Positions 47,521 through 59,180 of a DNA stretch of 64,000 bases are shown here, in pieces; the first letter of the stretch is position 1, and each line of letters starts with the position of its first letter. A program made the translations under genes and the position numbers. Location of the stretch: assembly GCA_036172245.1 (NCBI GenBank), contig JAYWIR010000034.1:1364001-1428000 (forward strand). Direction: 5' to 3'. The notes beneath the pieces were generated by a model. That model searched no databases, had not been told where the DNA came from, and saw only the letters and a list, made by a program, of their open reading frames with translations. The DNA comes from Raillietiella orientalis (lineage: Eukaryota).

Positions 47521-49039
47521 CGCCATCGGAGACGAGGACGGTGTTTTCGGGGGGACTGCGAACGCAGGAGGGACGAGGCACGAGGGTGTTCCTGGCAGGC
47601 AGCGTGAGGATCTGGTCATCAGCGTCTGCATCTTGCAGAAGGAAGAGACACGGAGAAAGTGTGGGAAGCCGTCCTTGGAAGGAAGGCTCTCTCCATCGGC
47701 GGGAACGCAGTCGACTGCCGGATCAAGAGACCGGCACGGTTAAGCTCCATTAACATGTTTCCCATCTCGGTCTGAGAACACCTCAGTGTCTTTCAACTTG
47801 TTTTCGGCCGGGCGAAGCGGTGAGCACGGCGCGGGGTGAAGGGCTGATCGCCTGGCAGTAGGGTGAGAGTATTAGAAAGAGCAGTGAACGAAACGATGGT
47901 GTACTTCCAGTGTTGTTGGGGTGAGCAGTAAGTAGTATGACTTGAGATGTTCCATCTGAAAACTGCCCTTGACTTGTGGAGTAGAGCGTTTATCTATTGA
48001 TCCTCAAACGGCAAGGGAACACCTCAGTTGGCCTTTGCTGTCATTGAGACGAATAGCGTTCTTTTTATTGTGTACATTCCTATCTCTTCTCCGAGTGCTT
48101 CTTTCTCTCAAGTCTTCCCGAACAAGAATCCAAAAGAAAACACATCGGAAGCTGAAGATAGACTTCCGGGTGTATCGCTACCATCTTTCAAATGAGGGGA
48201 AAACACTCCAAGTTGGGTCCATGGGAACTCGCGAACAAAGCTGCAAGCGTCCGGCAAAAATACTCGAATTTCACTGAGGGATGGAAAGTTTGCAGGTGAA
48301 ATCGCAATCTATCCTGAAACTGTGACTTGCAGAGATCTACCCAAATTGATTTATCCTCAAATTTCGCTTAAGTACTTGAGATCCGACTGGAAAGACCCAT
48401 TCTTCTTGCGAGGGCGCGGAAGGGTTCCCGGCAAACGGCGCCACCTTACGATTCTTCGCATTTCGGACTACATCTCTCCTCTCATCACGAAACGCATCAT
48501 CAAAGCAGGGTCGAGTGCATTATCCTTCTCCTTATACTGAGGATGTCGTGTAAGTCCCTTCCATGACCCCTCGCTCAAGAGAACACAGTCTGAGGGAAAC
48601 GCCTCCCCAGATCCTCATCCCTTTTCTCGCTTCTTCGGCAAGCGCTCTCTTCGGCTTCAGCCTGTCCGATGACGGAGTCCGGCAGAAAGAATCTTCCTCC
48701 TCGTCGTCGTCTTTTCCTCCTTTCCTTTATTCCCCTTCCTGCATGAAACCTACCCCGGACCTTGCTCCCTCGTTCAAAGGAGACTAGGTGCCAAATTTAG
48801 AAAAAGTGTTCAGATTCAGCTGCCGGGACAGACTGGGAAGTTTCGGAAAACCGGAGGCTTCGAAGAGCCACAGCAGAGATGCCTGCTTCCCAGCGAAACG
48901 AGATAAAGGCTCGAGAAAGGTCGGAAAACCCGAAAACAAAAAGTGAGGGCCATAACGGGAACCTCATGAAAGACAGATGTTTCAGAGCGTTCCAATAACC
49001 CTCTCTCTCTTGAGTGTGAAAGTGGGGAACCAAATTGGC

Positions 49040-49390
49040 CAATCAAAAAATTCCTGCATCTTGGGTTCCCAAAAGTCCAGTAGAAAAAATAAAACAAAAA
49101 ACTCCTGGAGGAGTTGCCGGGTATGTGCGACACGGCACCAAGAATCCAGAAGCACTCCCGGGAAAGTCTGGCGGCCAGGAACTCCCACCGTTGCCGCCAC
49201 CGCCGACCGACTACTGGCGTTTCCGCTGCTGGAGACGCTTCGCACCGTACCCAAAGCTTCCCGGGCCTGCAGGATCTGTTTGCTTTGAAACCGATACCGC
49301 CAGCGGCTTCGTTCAGACGCTGCACTCGGGAACCGAAGGGAGAGAGACGAGAGACGCTCGCGTAGGGAGCGGACCAGTCAAATTCCCGGC
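49040..49390 (+). mobile_element. hAT transposase relic (dimerisation domain)
   Basis: DYWR...YPKL / QDLFALKPIP / SGFVQTLHS resembles YW....YP.L..LA..L.IP.S...ER.FS. Confidence 0.5.
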
Positions 49391-50599
49391 GTCTTGAACG
49401 GGAGCCATGGAAGGCAGTGGCTGCTGCTACCGCCTCCTTCATTTGGGAAGATCTGGCTGGCTGGGAGGGCTTAGTTGAAAGCAAACGATTTCAGGAATAA
49501 AACAAAAAAGCCTCTGGTAAGCTCAGGGGTATATGAAGGGAAACGAACGTACTAGAGGAGATTCTCGACCTTAGCATCGCACTGTTTGCAAATCACGGAC
49601 GAAACGCAGTGTGTGTGGCAGGAGGACTGGATACTACGAGACGCTTATGCAGGAATTTTTACAAGGGTCCTTAAGGAAGGCGAAGTGGTGAGTGGTAGCG
49701 ACGGAGGCTGCAGAGTTTGAACCTTCACAGACGCGCGAATGGATGACAGCGGCTTAGCACGCGGGTGAAAGAGGAGCAGAAGGACGGAACGTTCGTTTCT
49801 AGCAAGGAGCTGAAGTGATGAAGATGCATTTTTTTTTTTTTTTTACTTGGGAAAAGAAACGATGGGCTTCCCTCTCGACTCAGAGCACTTATTCTGAGAT
49901 CTGGGTGATTGTGAGTGGAGAGAAGTGAAGAAAACAAATCCTCCAATATCAGACTCATGCAGTAATCTCTTCCTACCATTCCAAGTTCTGGAATGATTCC
50001 CCGTGGGACAAGAATGGCAAGCGCGCTAATGTTTTACAATGAGAGTAGCGTCCCGATCCCAATGTAAGAAGCATCAGAAGTAAAGGTGTCCCTTCCTCAC
50101 TCCATCAACTTCCCAGTGGTAGTGAGATGCTCTTGGGGGCTGCGACCGAGTTCAGGATGCCAAGGATGATAAAGTGAAACGGATGACCGGACGAACGCAT
50201 CACCTGCGAGCTGCACCATCACGAAGACACAAAAGAGGAACCACCCTTTCCGTTTCTCTCCTAGAGTTGGATCTCTTCTTTTGCATTCGTTCAGGATTGA
50301 CTCGATGCTTTGTGCTTCAGTAGCCAGTGCAGTACCTGCAGTTTCCTCCAGGGAGAACTTGGTGTGGTGTAGCCAAACTCTTCTCTGAACTTCAGGAGGT
50401 GACTGAAGCCTCCCTTTCTCTTCGGATCCAGTGGCCAGCGTTCCCACTCTCCGCCGTAAGAGAAACACATTGGAAGCCCTCCGGCACATTCCCGTTTCGT
50501 CCAGCTCCTTCCGAATCTAGAAGAAGCCTAAAGAAAGGTTCCTGTTCCTTTAGAAAGAGTACCTTCCCTTCTCTTACTTCCGAAAACAAAGTCACTAAG

Positions 50600-51200
50600 T
50601 GCCGCAAAATGCCTCTAGGCCATCTGAAGATGAAGAAGACTTCCAACTGGGACCACCGAAAATGGCGGCTTGTCAGAAAGGTGGAAGCCACATGGCTCCC
50701 AAGCCCCCAAGGACTGGACTGCTGTTGGCCCGCTCCTCAGGTCAAAGGCACCTGCACTCGATAGTCTGCATGCGTGGCTGCAGGAAAAAAAGAGGTGGCG
50801 CCGCAAGTGAAAGAGGGATCAAATAGGAGAAGGCCCCGTAGAATTGCACCCATCAACCCCTCGAAGAAAGGCCGGCATCCTCGATGGCTTGATGGGTGCA
50901 ATTCTACGGAGCCCTTCTATTTGATCCCTCTTTCACATGCGGCGCCACCTCTTTTGGACCTAGCGTTCCCCTGCCACTCTTCAAAAGAGATACGTTTCTC
51001 TACTATGAGCTCCTGCTTAAATGTCCGTTGGTTTCTCACTTTCCTGTTCTTACCCTCTCCCTCTTCCTCTCCTGTTGTATGCAGACTTCATCTTTCTCCG
51101 TTATCGCGTTCTCTCAAGAAGTGAGGTTTCGTTTCGTGATGGAGTCACAGCTGCCAGGATCGCCGATGAGACCAACATATCAATAAAATCCGCATCCTTG
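50600..51200 (+). mobile_element. Ty3/gypsy integrase relic
   Basis: KMAACQK, PSKKG...FYLIPL, IADETNISIKSASL. Confidence 0.4.
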
Positions 51201-51309
51201 GAGACGCGCTCTTTTTTTTTTGAGGGAGGGGGGGGGTCATCTTTCATCTCTCTTGCGTAGCCTCTGCTTCATCCCCTACATGGGATCTGTAAGAAGATCT
51301 GTCTAGTTT

Positions 51310-51970
51310 TTACCTTCCAAGCGGCGGGCGTTTGCCGTACCTACCGTTACGAAGGTTCTTCCAGTCAGGAAGCCTAGTGGCTTCCTTGGGAACGATTTCC
51401 TTTCCCCAAAGAAGTGCGGGACACTGTGAAGTGGTCCTCTGCTGCTCGCACGTGTGTTTCCCTAAGTTACGTGTGTTTGCATTCCCACCTTTCGCTGTTC
51501 TTCGAGAAAGTAACGATACCGCACAAATCTCGTCTGGCCCTTCGGTGCTGGCTGGCCACTCCTCGCGCCAATCTCTCGAAGATTCTCGGGGAGTTGAGCA
51601 GAGGCTGCTTGCTTGCCCATCCTTCCTCCCTCATGCTTCGCCATGCTTAATCCTCCTTCAGCTCCGCCGTTGTCGTCTCATTCGAGCCCTTCCTTCCTTC
51701 CCGCTGACCATTCCCTTCTCACTCGCAACTCTCCAGTCGAGGCGGCGTGATGGACTGCGCCCTCTTTATCAGATTCGTGGTAGGGTGGTCCGAGATGTGG
51801 TAAAACCTATCCCCAGCTCTGACAAGGAGCATACACTGACAACGCATAGTTGGGGATACTTCTGCTTTTTTGACACCCTTTCGAGTTTGCCCCAGCATCC
51901 CACCAGAGTCGTATTCGTCACCCAGGCAGCAATTCTCCCGTCTTCTCCATTCACTTTTCCTTCTAACACC
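51310..51970 (-). mobile_element. Ty3/gypsy protease and RT-start relic
   Basis: EGKVNG/YDSGG; GQPAPKGQ...YRYFLEEQRKV; GNTRASS.GP..SVPHFF; DWKNL...PPL. Confidence 0.55.
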
Positions 51971-52699
51971 TCAACGGTGAACTCCCATCGACATTTACCG
52001 AACGTCTGGATTGTTCACTCTGCTTCTCCGCGCTGTCGGATTCTGTTTCCAGAGGATCTAGAGGGCGATTATCCTTCTCATGCTGAGGCTGGCGTGTAAA
52101 CCACTCCACCCCTCGCACAAGAGAATTGAGGGATTGAGGGAAACTATCGTTTCCCTCAATCCCCTTTCCCCATGTTCCAGACTCTGATACGGTGCTTAGC
52201 AAACAGAGATTTCCGTGGTGCTCTCCGTGTCCACAATCCGAACTGAACCCAGAGCTGCTGTTTCCAAGGTGAAAGCCGTCTCGTTGGTGTCACTCCTTTT
52301 GTTCGCCATCAGTTCCGGAAAATTCCGGAAAATTGAGGGGAACTTCCAGCCCTCTGTGTGCGTTCGTCATGCGGATGCTCGCGGCCGGGACGCTTCCTGG
52401 TTGGGAGGAAAAGACAGCCTCCACTTCCCTCTCGTTCTACCGGTAGCAGATTGCTCTCCGGGGAGTTTTAGTGGCCCGAACGACTCCTCAAACGGGACGG
52501 GATGGCAAGCCTTGTTCCGTTACCTCGATTTTCCCCAGGTCCCACAAGGGGTGGGGTAAATTTATTTTCTTATTTTAAACATTGATACTACAATTCTCAT
52601 TCACACTATTTTAACACTGTATTACCACTTTGAAGTCCTTTTGGGGTGTCACAAGTTCTGCACTCAGGGTGGGGTCCTCGTTGTTGTTTCCCGGGCGTC

Positions 52700-54570
52700 G
52701 TCCTCAATCCTCTTCAGGATGTATCGGTACGTCCAGGCCGGCACTCGTCCACAATTCCTGATGCCGATCTCCTTCTGGATGAGTCCTTGCACTGTGCTCC
52801 GTTACCTCGATAAGGTCGAACCTGGAGTGCGGTTCAGCCAGCCCGCGAAGGGGTTTCCGAGAATGGTGAGAGATCCAGAACTTCCTGTCTGAGCTGTTCC
52901 AGAAATCAAGGATGCGACCATAGCGAAAGGCTTCGCGAAAGAAGTGGGAAGCATGGGATACGACTTGATACTCTATGCAGAATTTTCTAAGCAGATGCCT
53001 CAAGAGTTTCTTCCTAAGGAAGGCAGAGGAGGCTACAGGTTTTGAGCTCTTGCCAATGCACGCGAGGATGACAGCGGCTCAGCTCTCGCGGAGGCACAGA
53101 GGAACTTGTTCTCCATTCAAGATCCGAAATGGCGATGGAGTAGATCGGCGACCTTCGGAAGAGGCATCTGACGAATGTGGGTTCGTCCAAGAGGACACTT
53201 CCTTGCAAAAGAAGTGCTTTAGAACTCTCTTAGAGCATTCGTTTGATGGAGAGCGCGCGAGACGAAAGTCCTCTAGCCACCAAGGAAACGCCCAGTCTAC
53301 GACCCTTCAATGAATATGCAGTCACTTCTGAGGAGGTCTTCGACGCATCGGCTGGGGTGCATCTAGAACATGAGAAGAAGCCACAACCTGGAGAGAGAAG
53401 ATCGCGCCGCCAGGTGACCGTGAAGGCCGATCGAAGGATACCGTCTTCAAGACGCCTCACTTTCTCGTATTCTTCCGCTTTCTGGATGCGCACAAAATTC
53501 CCACGCAAGAATTTCGGAGGAAGAAAAGAGCACTCGCCCTCTGGATGCGACCCGGGATGGGGTGAGGAAAAAAAGCGATTACCCTCCTCCACGACGCCGG
53601 TGCCGCGGGAGTCGCCAGCTTAACGACCACGGACGCCGCACTCCCCTTCCTTCGAAAGAAGGATTCCGGAAGGGAAGAGACATACAGGCGCCATCTCCTC
53701 AGTAACAGAGGACTTCGTCTCTCTGTTGGCAGAGGAGGACCTTCTCGTGGAGGCTGTCCACATGGTCAAGACTCACCCACAGAGGGGTGAGGAAGAGTGG
53801 GAAGGGAGCAGACTAAGGAAGAAACACCTTCAAGGAATGAGGGAGAAGTTGTGAGGAGCAAGTGAGGATGCACTTCGGCTCAGAAATTTGGCCCATCAGA
53901 CGAAACTCCTTCAAACGACGACTTGACTGCCCACGGCTAGGAGTAACGGAAGCTCTCTTCCGTGGAGAGAACCCGCTTCCTATAAAAAGGAAAGAAGAGT
54001 GTAGGAACGAAGGCGTCCTCCGATTCCATGGAGGAGAAGCCGATCGTCTCAGCTTCTCATCTGCGGCATAACTGAATGCCCAAGATGAAAAGCCCCGGGT
54101 TTCTGAAAGGTCCATTCTCCCTAAGAAGAGTGGCAAGTCACTTTCCCGCACCAAACGCTGGAAGGAGGCCTGAGTGATCCGAGTTAGTGCTTGCTGCCCA
54201 GAAGGCTGAAGAGGTATCCTCCCTCGTTCCACTGTCTGAAGATCGCCCGTGGTCCCTGTGGTCGTCGCTCTTCGTTTCTCTCTTCGCTTTGCTGCATGCA
54301 TTCGCTGTTCCGCAGCTTCTGGAGGAAATACTCCCCTCGTACGAGAAGGAAGGTCAGCGAGGGATGGTGAAAACCACCCGCTGAGCTGTTGCTCACGTTT
54401 CCGGCGAGATTCAAAAAGAGGGGTTCTTTGGGCGGCGAAAGTGGAGTCGACGCTACTCTTCTCCACACTCTGCCAGGTGAATGTGCCAGCTCGCTGGTCC
54501 AGAGACTCAAAGGAGAGTAGGAAAGGAAAAGAACCTGCCCGGGTTGATTGCACACCCAAGCAGACGAATG
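52700..54570 (-). mobile_element. Ty3/gypsy pol relic (RT-RNase H-integrase)
   Basis: GRVWRR/VDS; RGEYFLQKL; GGYLF; ASFQRLV; RLKEFRL...PKC; LRRWRLY; PIPGRIQRASAL; RCTP...GRRLGV; FFREAFRYG; SDR; SARTHPEGD. Confidence 0.75.
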
Positions 54571-55039
54571 GGGAGGCACGGGTCATCGCATCTTTGAGCA
54601 CCTCTCGCTTTGATGAAGTGTGATTGGGGCTAGTCTCAGCCTCCTTCGTTTCACTGTTATCCTGTCCCTTGAAAACAGGTAGAGGACATAATAGACAGAG
54701 AACTGTCGACAGTTGCTGGAGGAAACAGAACCAATAATGCGGCGCAGCATCCCGGAACCGAGAGCTGTCAGTTAAGTCTAAAGAACTAATGCAGTTGCGG
54801 GAGTGGGGGTGGGGGTGGGGGGTGGAAAGAGAGGAGACTGCAAATTTGCCGAGGAATATGAGGTGGAGAATGGGACGAACTCTGAGCGTTGAGTGGAGAT
54901 GTGTCTATGTCTTCACTTCCATAGAGGACCCCAGATTTCTTTGCTCTCATTACACTAGCGGAGCAATAAAGAGTGACCCCTTACTATACTTGATCCTTCG
55001 GTAAGCTAGATTACAGATCGGAACCACTCTCTTTCTCCT

Positions 55040-56000
55040 AAATGGGCATCCTTTAGAGGGGGTTATACTGTCCTGGAGGGGAGAGTTCACTCTCTCATGA
55101 GAAGGGTTCCAGATCGGCTTTTTCATCCCAAGGTAGCCTTCTCGAGACAGTCAGGGAGACTCGGGAGAGTCAGGATTGGGAAGGAGGAATGTGGACAGGA
55201 AGGGGAGGTCAGGGTAGCGACCTCCTCCTGCAGCATTATTCTAGGTTTCCTCGGCTGATACGGGAAGGCCGGACATCCTACTATGGGTCAAGAAATCTAG
55301 AGACCTTCCATCAGCCAGTCAAGTTCGGAAGGAAGTGGGGCAAGCCCCAAGGAAGCATTAGGAGGAAAGAGGAGACCGCTGTCTCCCGAGGGTTCTGGCA
55401 CTTGTGGCTGAGAGAGCCACAGCGCTCAGAGGAATCCTATCATCCAGGGGTCTATCTCGGAACAGGTAAAGGAAACGCTAGGGATTCTCCATGATGGTTG
55501 TCTGCCCGAAGGCGGAGTCTCATTCCTGGAGCTCTTACGTCCTCACGAGCACCCTGCTTCACTTTACAGGGAAATATGGAGAGACTGAAGGAGTGAAGTA
55601 CCGAAGCTTTAGCTTGGGAAGGAAGGGGAGGAAATGGGCTGCTCTCACTGACATCACGGAGGCTGGTGTTGGTACAGAAAGCCCCATATCTCTCACCTAG
55701 AGGGTAGCCGGACCATCTGTTGGTCACGACATTGAAAATATGGCTAGACACTGTTCTCTACAACCTCTGCCGTCTTCCTCGCCGTGGCCTTCCCCGTTTC
55801 TCTACCAGTGCCTTCCTCGACCATCCTTTCCTGGAGGAAAAGGAAATAAAAAAAACGGAGCAGCTCTTGTGTCCTAGTTGCAGGAAGAGCGTTCAGATGG
55901 GATCGAGTGCCAAAGGGAACCGAGGGAGCGAAATGAAGCTCTGGATATCCCGTGCAGAGGCTTTCCTCTAAATCCTGAAGTCGATCTCGTTCTTCTCCTT
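55040..56000 (-). mobile_element. Ty3/gypsy Gag knuckle to RT-start relic
   Basis: ERDRL..EESLCTGYPELHFAPSVP (knuckle-like); PAFPYQ...LQEEVATL; HIPPSQS. Confidence 0.45.
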
Positions 56001-56359
56001 CCTTCCTCCCTTTCTTCTCCTCTTCCCTCCTCTCGGCCCTTAAATCCCCCAAAAGGCGCATTCAGTTCCCTCTACCGTACTTGAGCTCCCATCCCTCTCG
56101 CTTGCTGAAGAAACGGCCCTTCTCTCCTACTCCTGGAATCTGGTGCCAGAGCACGAACTTTCCTTCCGGAGAAAGAGACCTGCTCGAAGTCTGGATTTCT
56201 GTAGCCCCGATTCCACCCATTCCTTTTCTTTCGGTAGATTGTTACCATCTTTGATTTCCCTAAGGAAACCTTAACCTGGAGGTCTTGAGTTCGTCAGGAG
56301 GGCAAGAGTCATGAGTGCTCAAAAAAAGTAACGAGGTCGAATAGGGCTGGAGACGCAGC

Positions 56360-58180
56360 ACGAAGCGATGGACAGTGACAGGAGCGACCTCCAAGCAGCA
56401 GGAAAGAAAAGGGAACGAAGGAAGGAAGGGAGGATGTGCTCTCTTTTGGAAGGAAAGAGTCATGGAGGCCCGGAGATTAGAAGAAACTCCAGAAGATATA
56501 CCCACTTGCAGAGGATCTCATCGATACCTTTCGCAGCTGGGAAGGGAGGGGTAGCGTTGTGCTCCTAGAAGTACGCTCCGCAGACAGGAATTCTTCCTCT
56601 GAGATAACTCACGGAAGCTTCAGAAAGTCTTGAGCAGGAACCTCGAGGTTATGAAGCCTGAGAGAAGAGGTAAAGATAGAGAATTGAGAGAGCGGAGGGC
56701 TGACCTGCTGTGAATGATAAGTACAGAGGGCATGGGAGGGGGAGAAGAGGACATGGACTAATGCGTTTCTCTATGGACCTCGAAGGTTCAGGGATGGTGA
56801 AATCATTGATAAGTCCCAGAATTTCTCAACATTTTGCAGCTTCTGTTGGCTGAAAAGAAGCTGAAGATATGGCCGGGAGAACCCGAAGTTCCGACGACGA
56901 ACATCGAAAAGAAACGGGAGGAAAGCAGGAGGGAATGGCTGACTAAAGTCGGGCATGAGGGGCACTCTGTAGGGGATAAATGCGCTAAGCATTCCTCTCA
57001 GGGGCTAGTAGGGGAAAGAGGGAGGGAAAGGGGGAGACGACAGCGAAGTGATGAGATCTGGAAGCTCTTCGAGGGGTGGAATCGAAAGGGAAAATCAGAC
57101 AAGCAGACGCTCCACTCACAGAGGAGATGCACGGAATCGTTCAACCGACCCCAGTTTCCTCCACTGCATGGAGTCGCTGCTACGAGACTTCCGGATAGCT
57201 GATTGAACCCTCTGGAATCCTCTGTAGGGAAGACAAGTGAGAAAGTTTATCTCTTTCCATCAAAATAGAAGACTCCCCTTCCATCCCACCTGTCTCTGAG
57301 GAAACTGCTATCCTGGTCGCAGCGTGTGCCGCTGCGACCAGGAGCGATGGAGGCAAGTTTGTCCGGAACTGGTTCGAAATCTTCCGGGCAACTCTTGCCC
57401 CTCAGGGAGCGGTGTTTATGCGTTCCAAGATCAGGGCAGGGGAGTCACTTTGCTCGCATTCTGTGGTCACCTAATCTGTCGAGGGAAGAGTCGACTTGAG
57501 TGGCAAGTTGGCCACTCCAGAATGAGGAAAACTTCCTGTATATCAACACAGTCCATCTGCGTCACTCGATGTGACTTTTTTTTTTCTTCTTGCCTCCTTA
57601 GCTTCATAAAGAAGAAACTGCATTTCTGAAGACCTCCTCTCCCTTCACGGAATGCACCTGCAGTTGTATGATTTCCTTCCGGAACCGTCTGTTCGATCCG
57701 CTGCTTTCGCAATGCTCTACAGAAACTAATTTGATGCGGCCCCTTCGTCCGCCTCTTTGCAACTTCTTACAGGATGCTCCCGTTGTCGTGTCCTTGGAAA
57801 CGCCTCCCGTTCCGTACACTCCTGTATCTGGGATTGGAGGCGATCATCCTGTGCTCGAGACTTCGTTTCCATGGAAGGGAACTTCCATGGATCGCTTCCC
57901 GTGCATTGCCACAACTTCTCCTGTAGCCCGTCCAAATCTTTGGCTCCATTTCAGCGGGATTTCCTTCCTGACATTTTCTCTCTCTCCCTCACACGTTGTT
58001 TTAGTCAACGCCTCTCCCTTTTTGCTCTCCCTTCCTCTTCTCTCTCCAATGCACCTACGCTTCGCGAAACGCCGCGTGGGGTTGTGCGTGCTCCCTGCCA
58101 TCATACTCCCCTTCCCGCACTATCAGCTGGTCCCCTCCGTGCATTTAGCACGCGCCTGGGTCCCACTTATCCAGAAACAA
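56360..58180 (+). mobile_element. Ty3/gypsy Gag-protease-RT relic
   Basis: AMDSD...ERRKEGRMCSLLEGKSH; FNRPQFPPLHG; LRKLL; EETAF; RPL...FLQDAPVVVSLET (YLDD.LV.S.T); VLE; VGLCV. Confidence 0.68.
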
Positions 58181-58689
58181 GGGATATTCAGTGTCATCTT
58201 CCATTAAAGGCTTATTTGGAAGCGACCCCCCCCACACACACAGACACCTTAATTGAGTTTAGCCTGGAACACCACCGCTAATGGTCTTCATCCCATCAGT
58301 TCCGCGCGCCGACGTAAGTAGCTTCGTCTGTCCCTTCAGCGTAAAATTTTGTGCAACATTTTCAAACCTCTGCATCCCGACATTAGTCGAATAAGCATCC
58401 AGTTAAAAGAATTTCCGTCGCTCCAGGGTTAATCCCCAAGGACGTGTCAGGATGTTTCCCTGAGGCGTTTAAAGCTTCTCTTACGTCTCTGTCTCCTCAA
58501 ACAAACCACCTTGTTGTACATCTGGGTTGCTTCCTTGACATTAGGGATCGACAGAGTTGCTGGCGAGGACCTCTTATCACGTGACCATGCCTTCCTTCCC
58601 TCTTCATCCCTCCTAGCGATGCAAAATGCTCCCACCCATCACTTGCCCTACCCCCCATGTACAACCCTCGCGGCCGCATCCTACTTAGT

Positions 58690-59180
58690 ATCCGAAGACT
58701 TCACATTGACATTCCATTTTCCTTCTCTCCATCTTCCCGCCGGCGCTACTATTTCCCCACCTGAGTGCAGCCAGCGTCCACGCCCTGCTGCGGCAGAGGG
58801 ACTGATTTAGTCCAGCGCACTTGGGGAACGTAGGTCTGGTGGCTGGGAACTTCAATGACCGCCTGTTTGCACACGGAGCTGGATTCTCAGGGTCTCTCTC
58901 GGAAGCATCAATCTTTCCTGGAAAGGCGCGATTTTGGAAGATGCCAGAGGGTTGGATCAGGAAGCCACCTAGGAACTCTGAAGCGTCTTCCCACTCAGCA
59001 GGAGAGACTGAGGTCGCTTGAAAGCATTTTCTCTGCGATGGGGGCGTCCTCCGCATCTTCTGGCGCAGAACGGACTCGCAGGCAAGTTGCCCCGCAGACA
59101 CGCCTTTCGTCAGGAAGCTGGATGATGAGCGGACTTGGCGAGAGTCAAGTGACCAGTCACGGCCCGGAAGTGGTGCAAAG
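58690..59180 (+). mobile_element. APE-type endonuclease relic (LINE-like ORF2 N-terminus)
   Basis: SLHLPAG (NVYAP-like), LVAGNFNDRL (GDFN), SLESIF (RID.IF), TSHGPEV (SDH.PV), in the correct order. Confidence 0.45.

Noticed and set aside
48322..48540. FFLRGRGRVPGK as a Walker A motif
   Set aside because: Wrong spacing and no Walker B found.
52516..52811. 14-bp direct repeat TCCGTTACCTCGAT as a target-site duplication
   Set aside because: The second copy lies inside an integrase relic and the enclosed DNA has no element ends; left unexplained.
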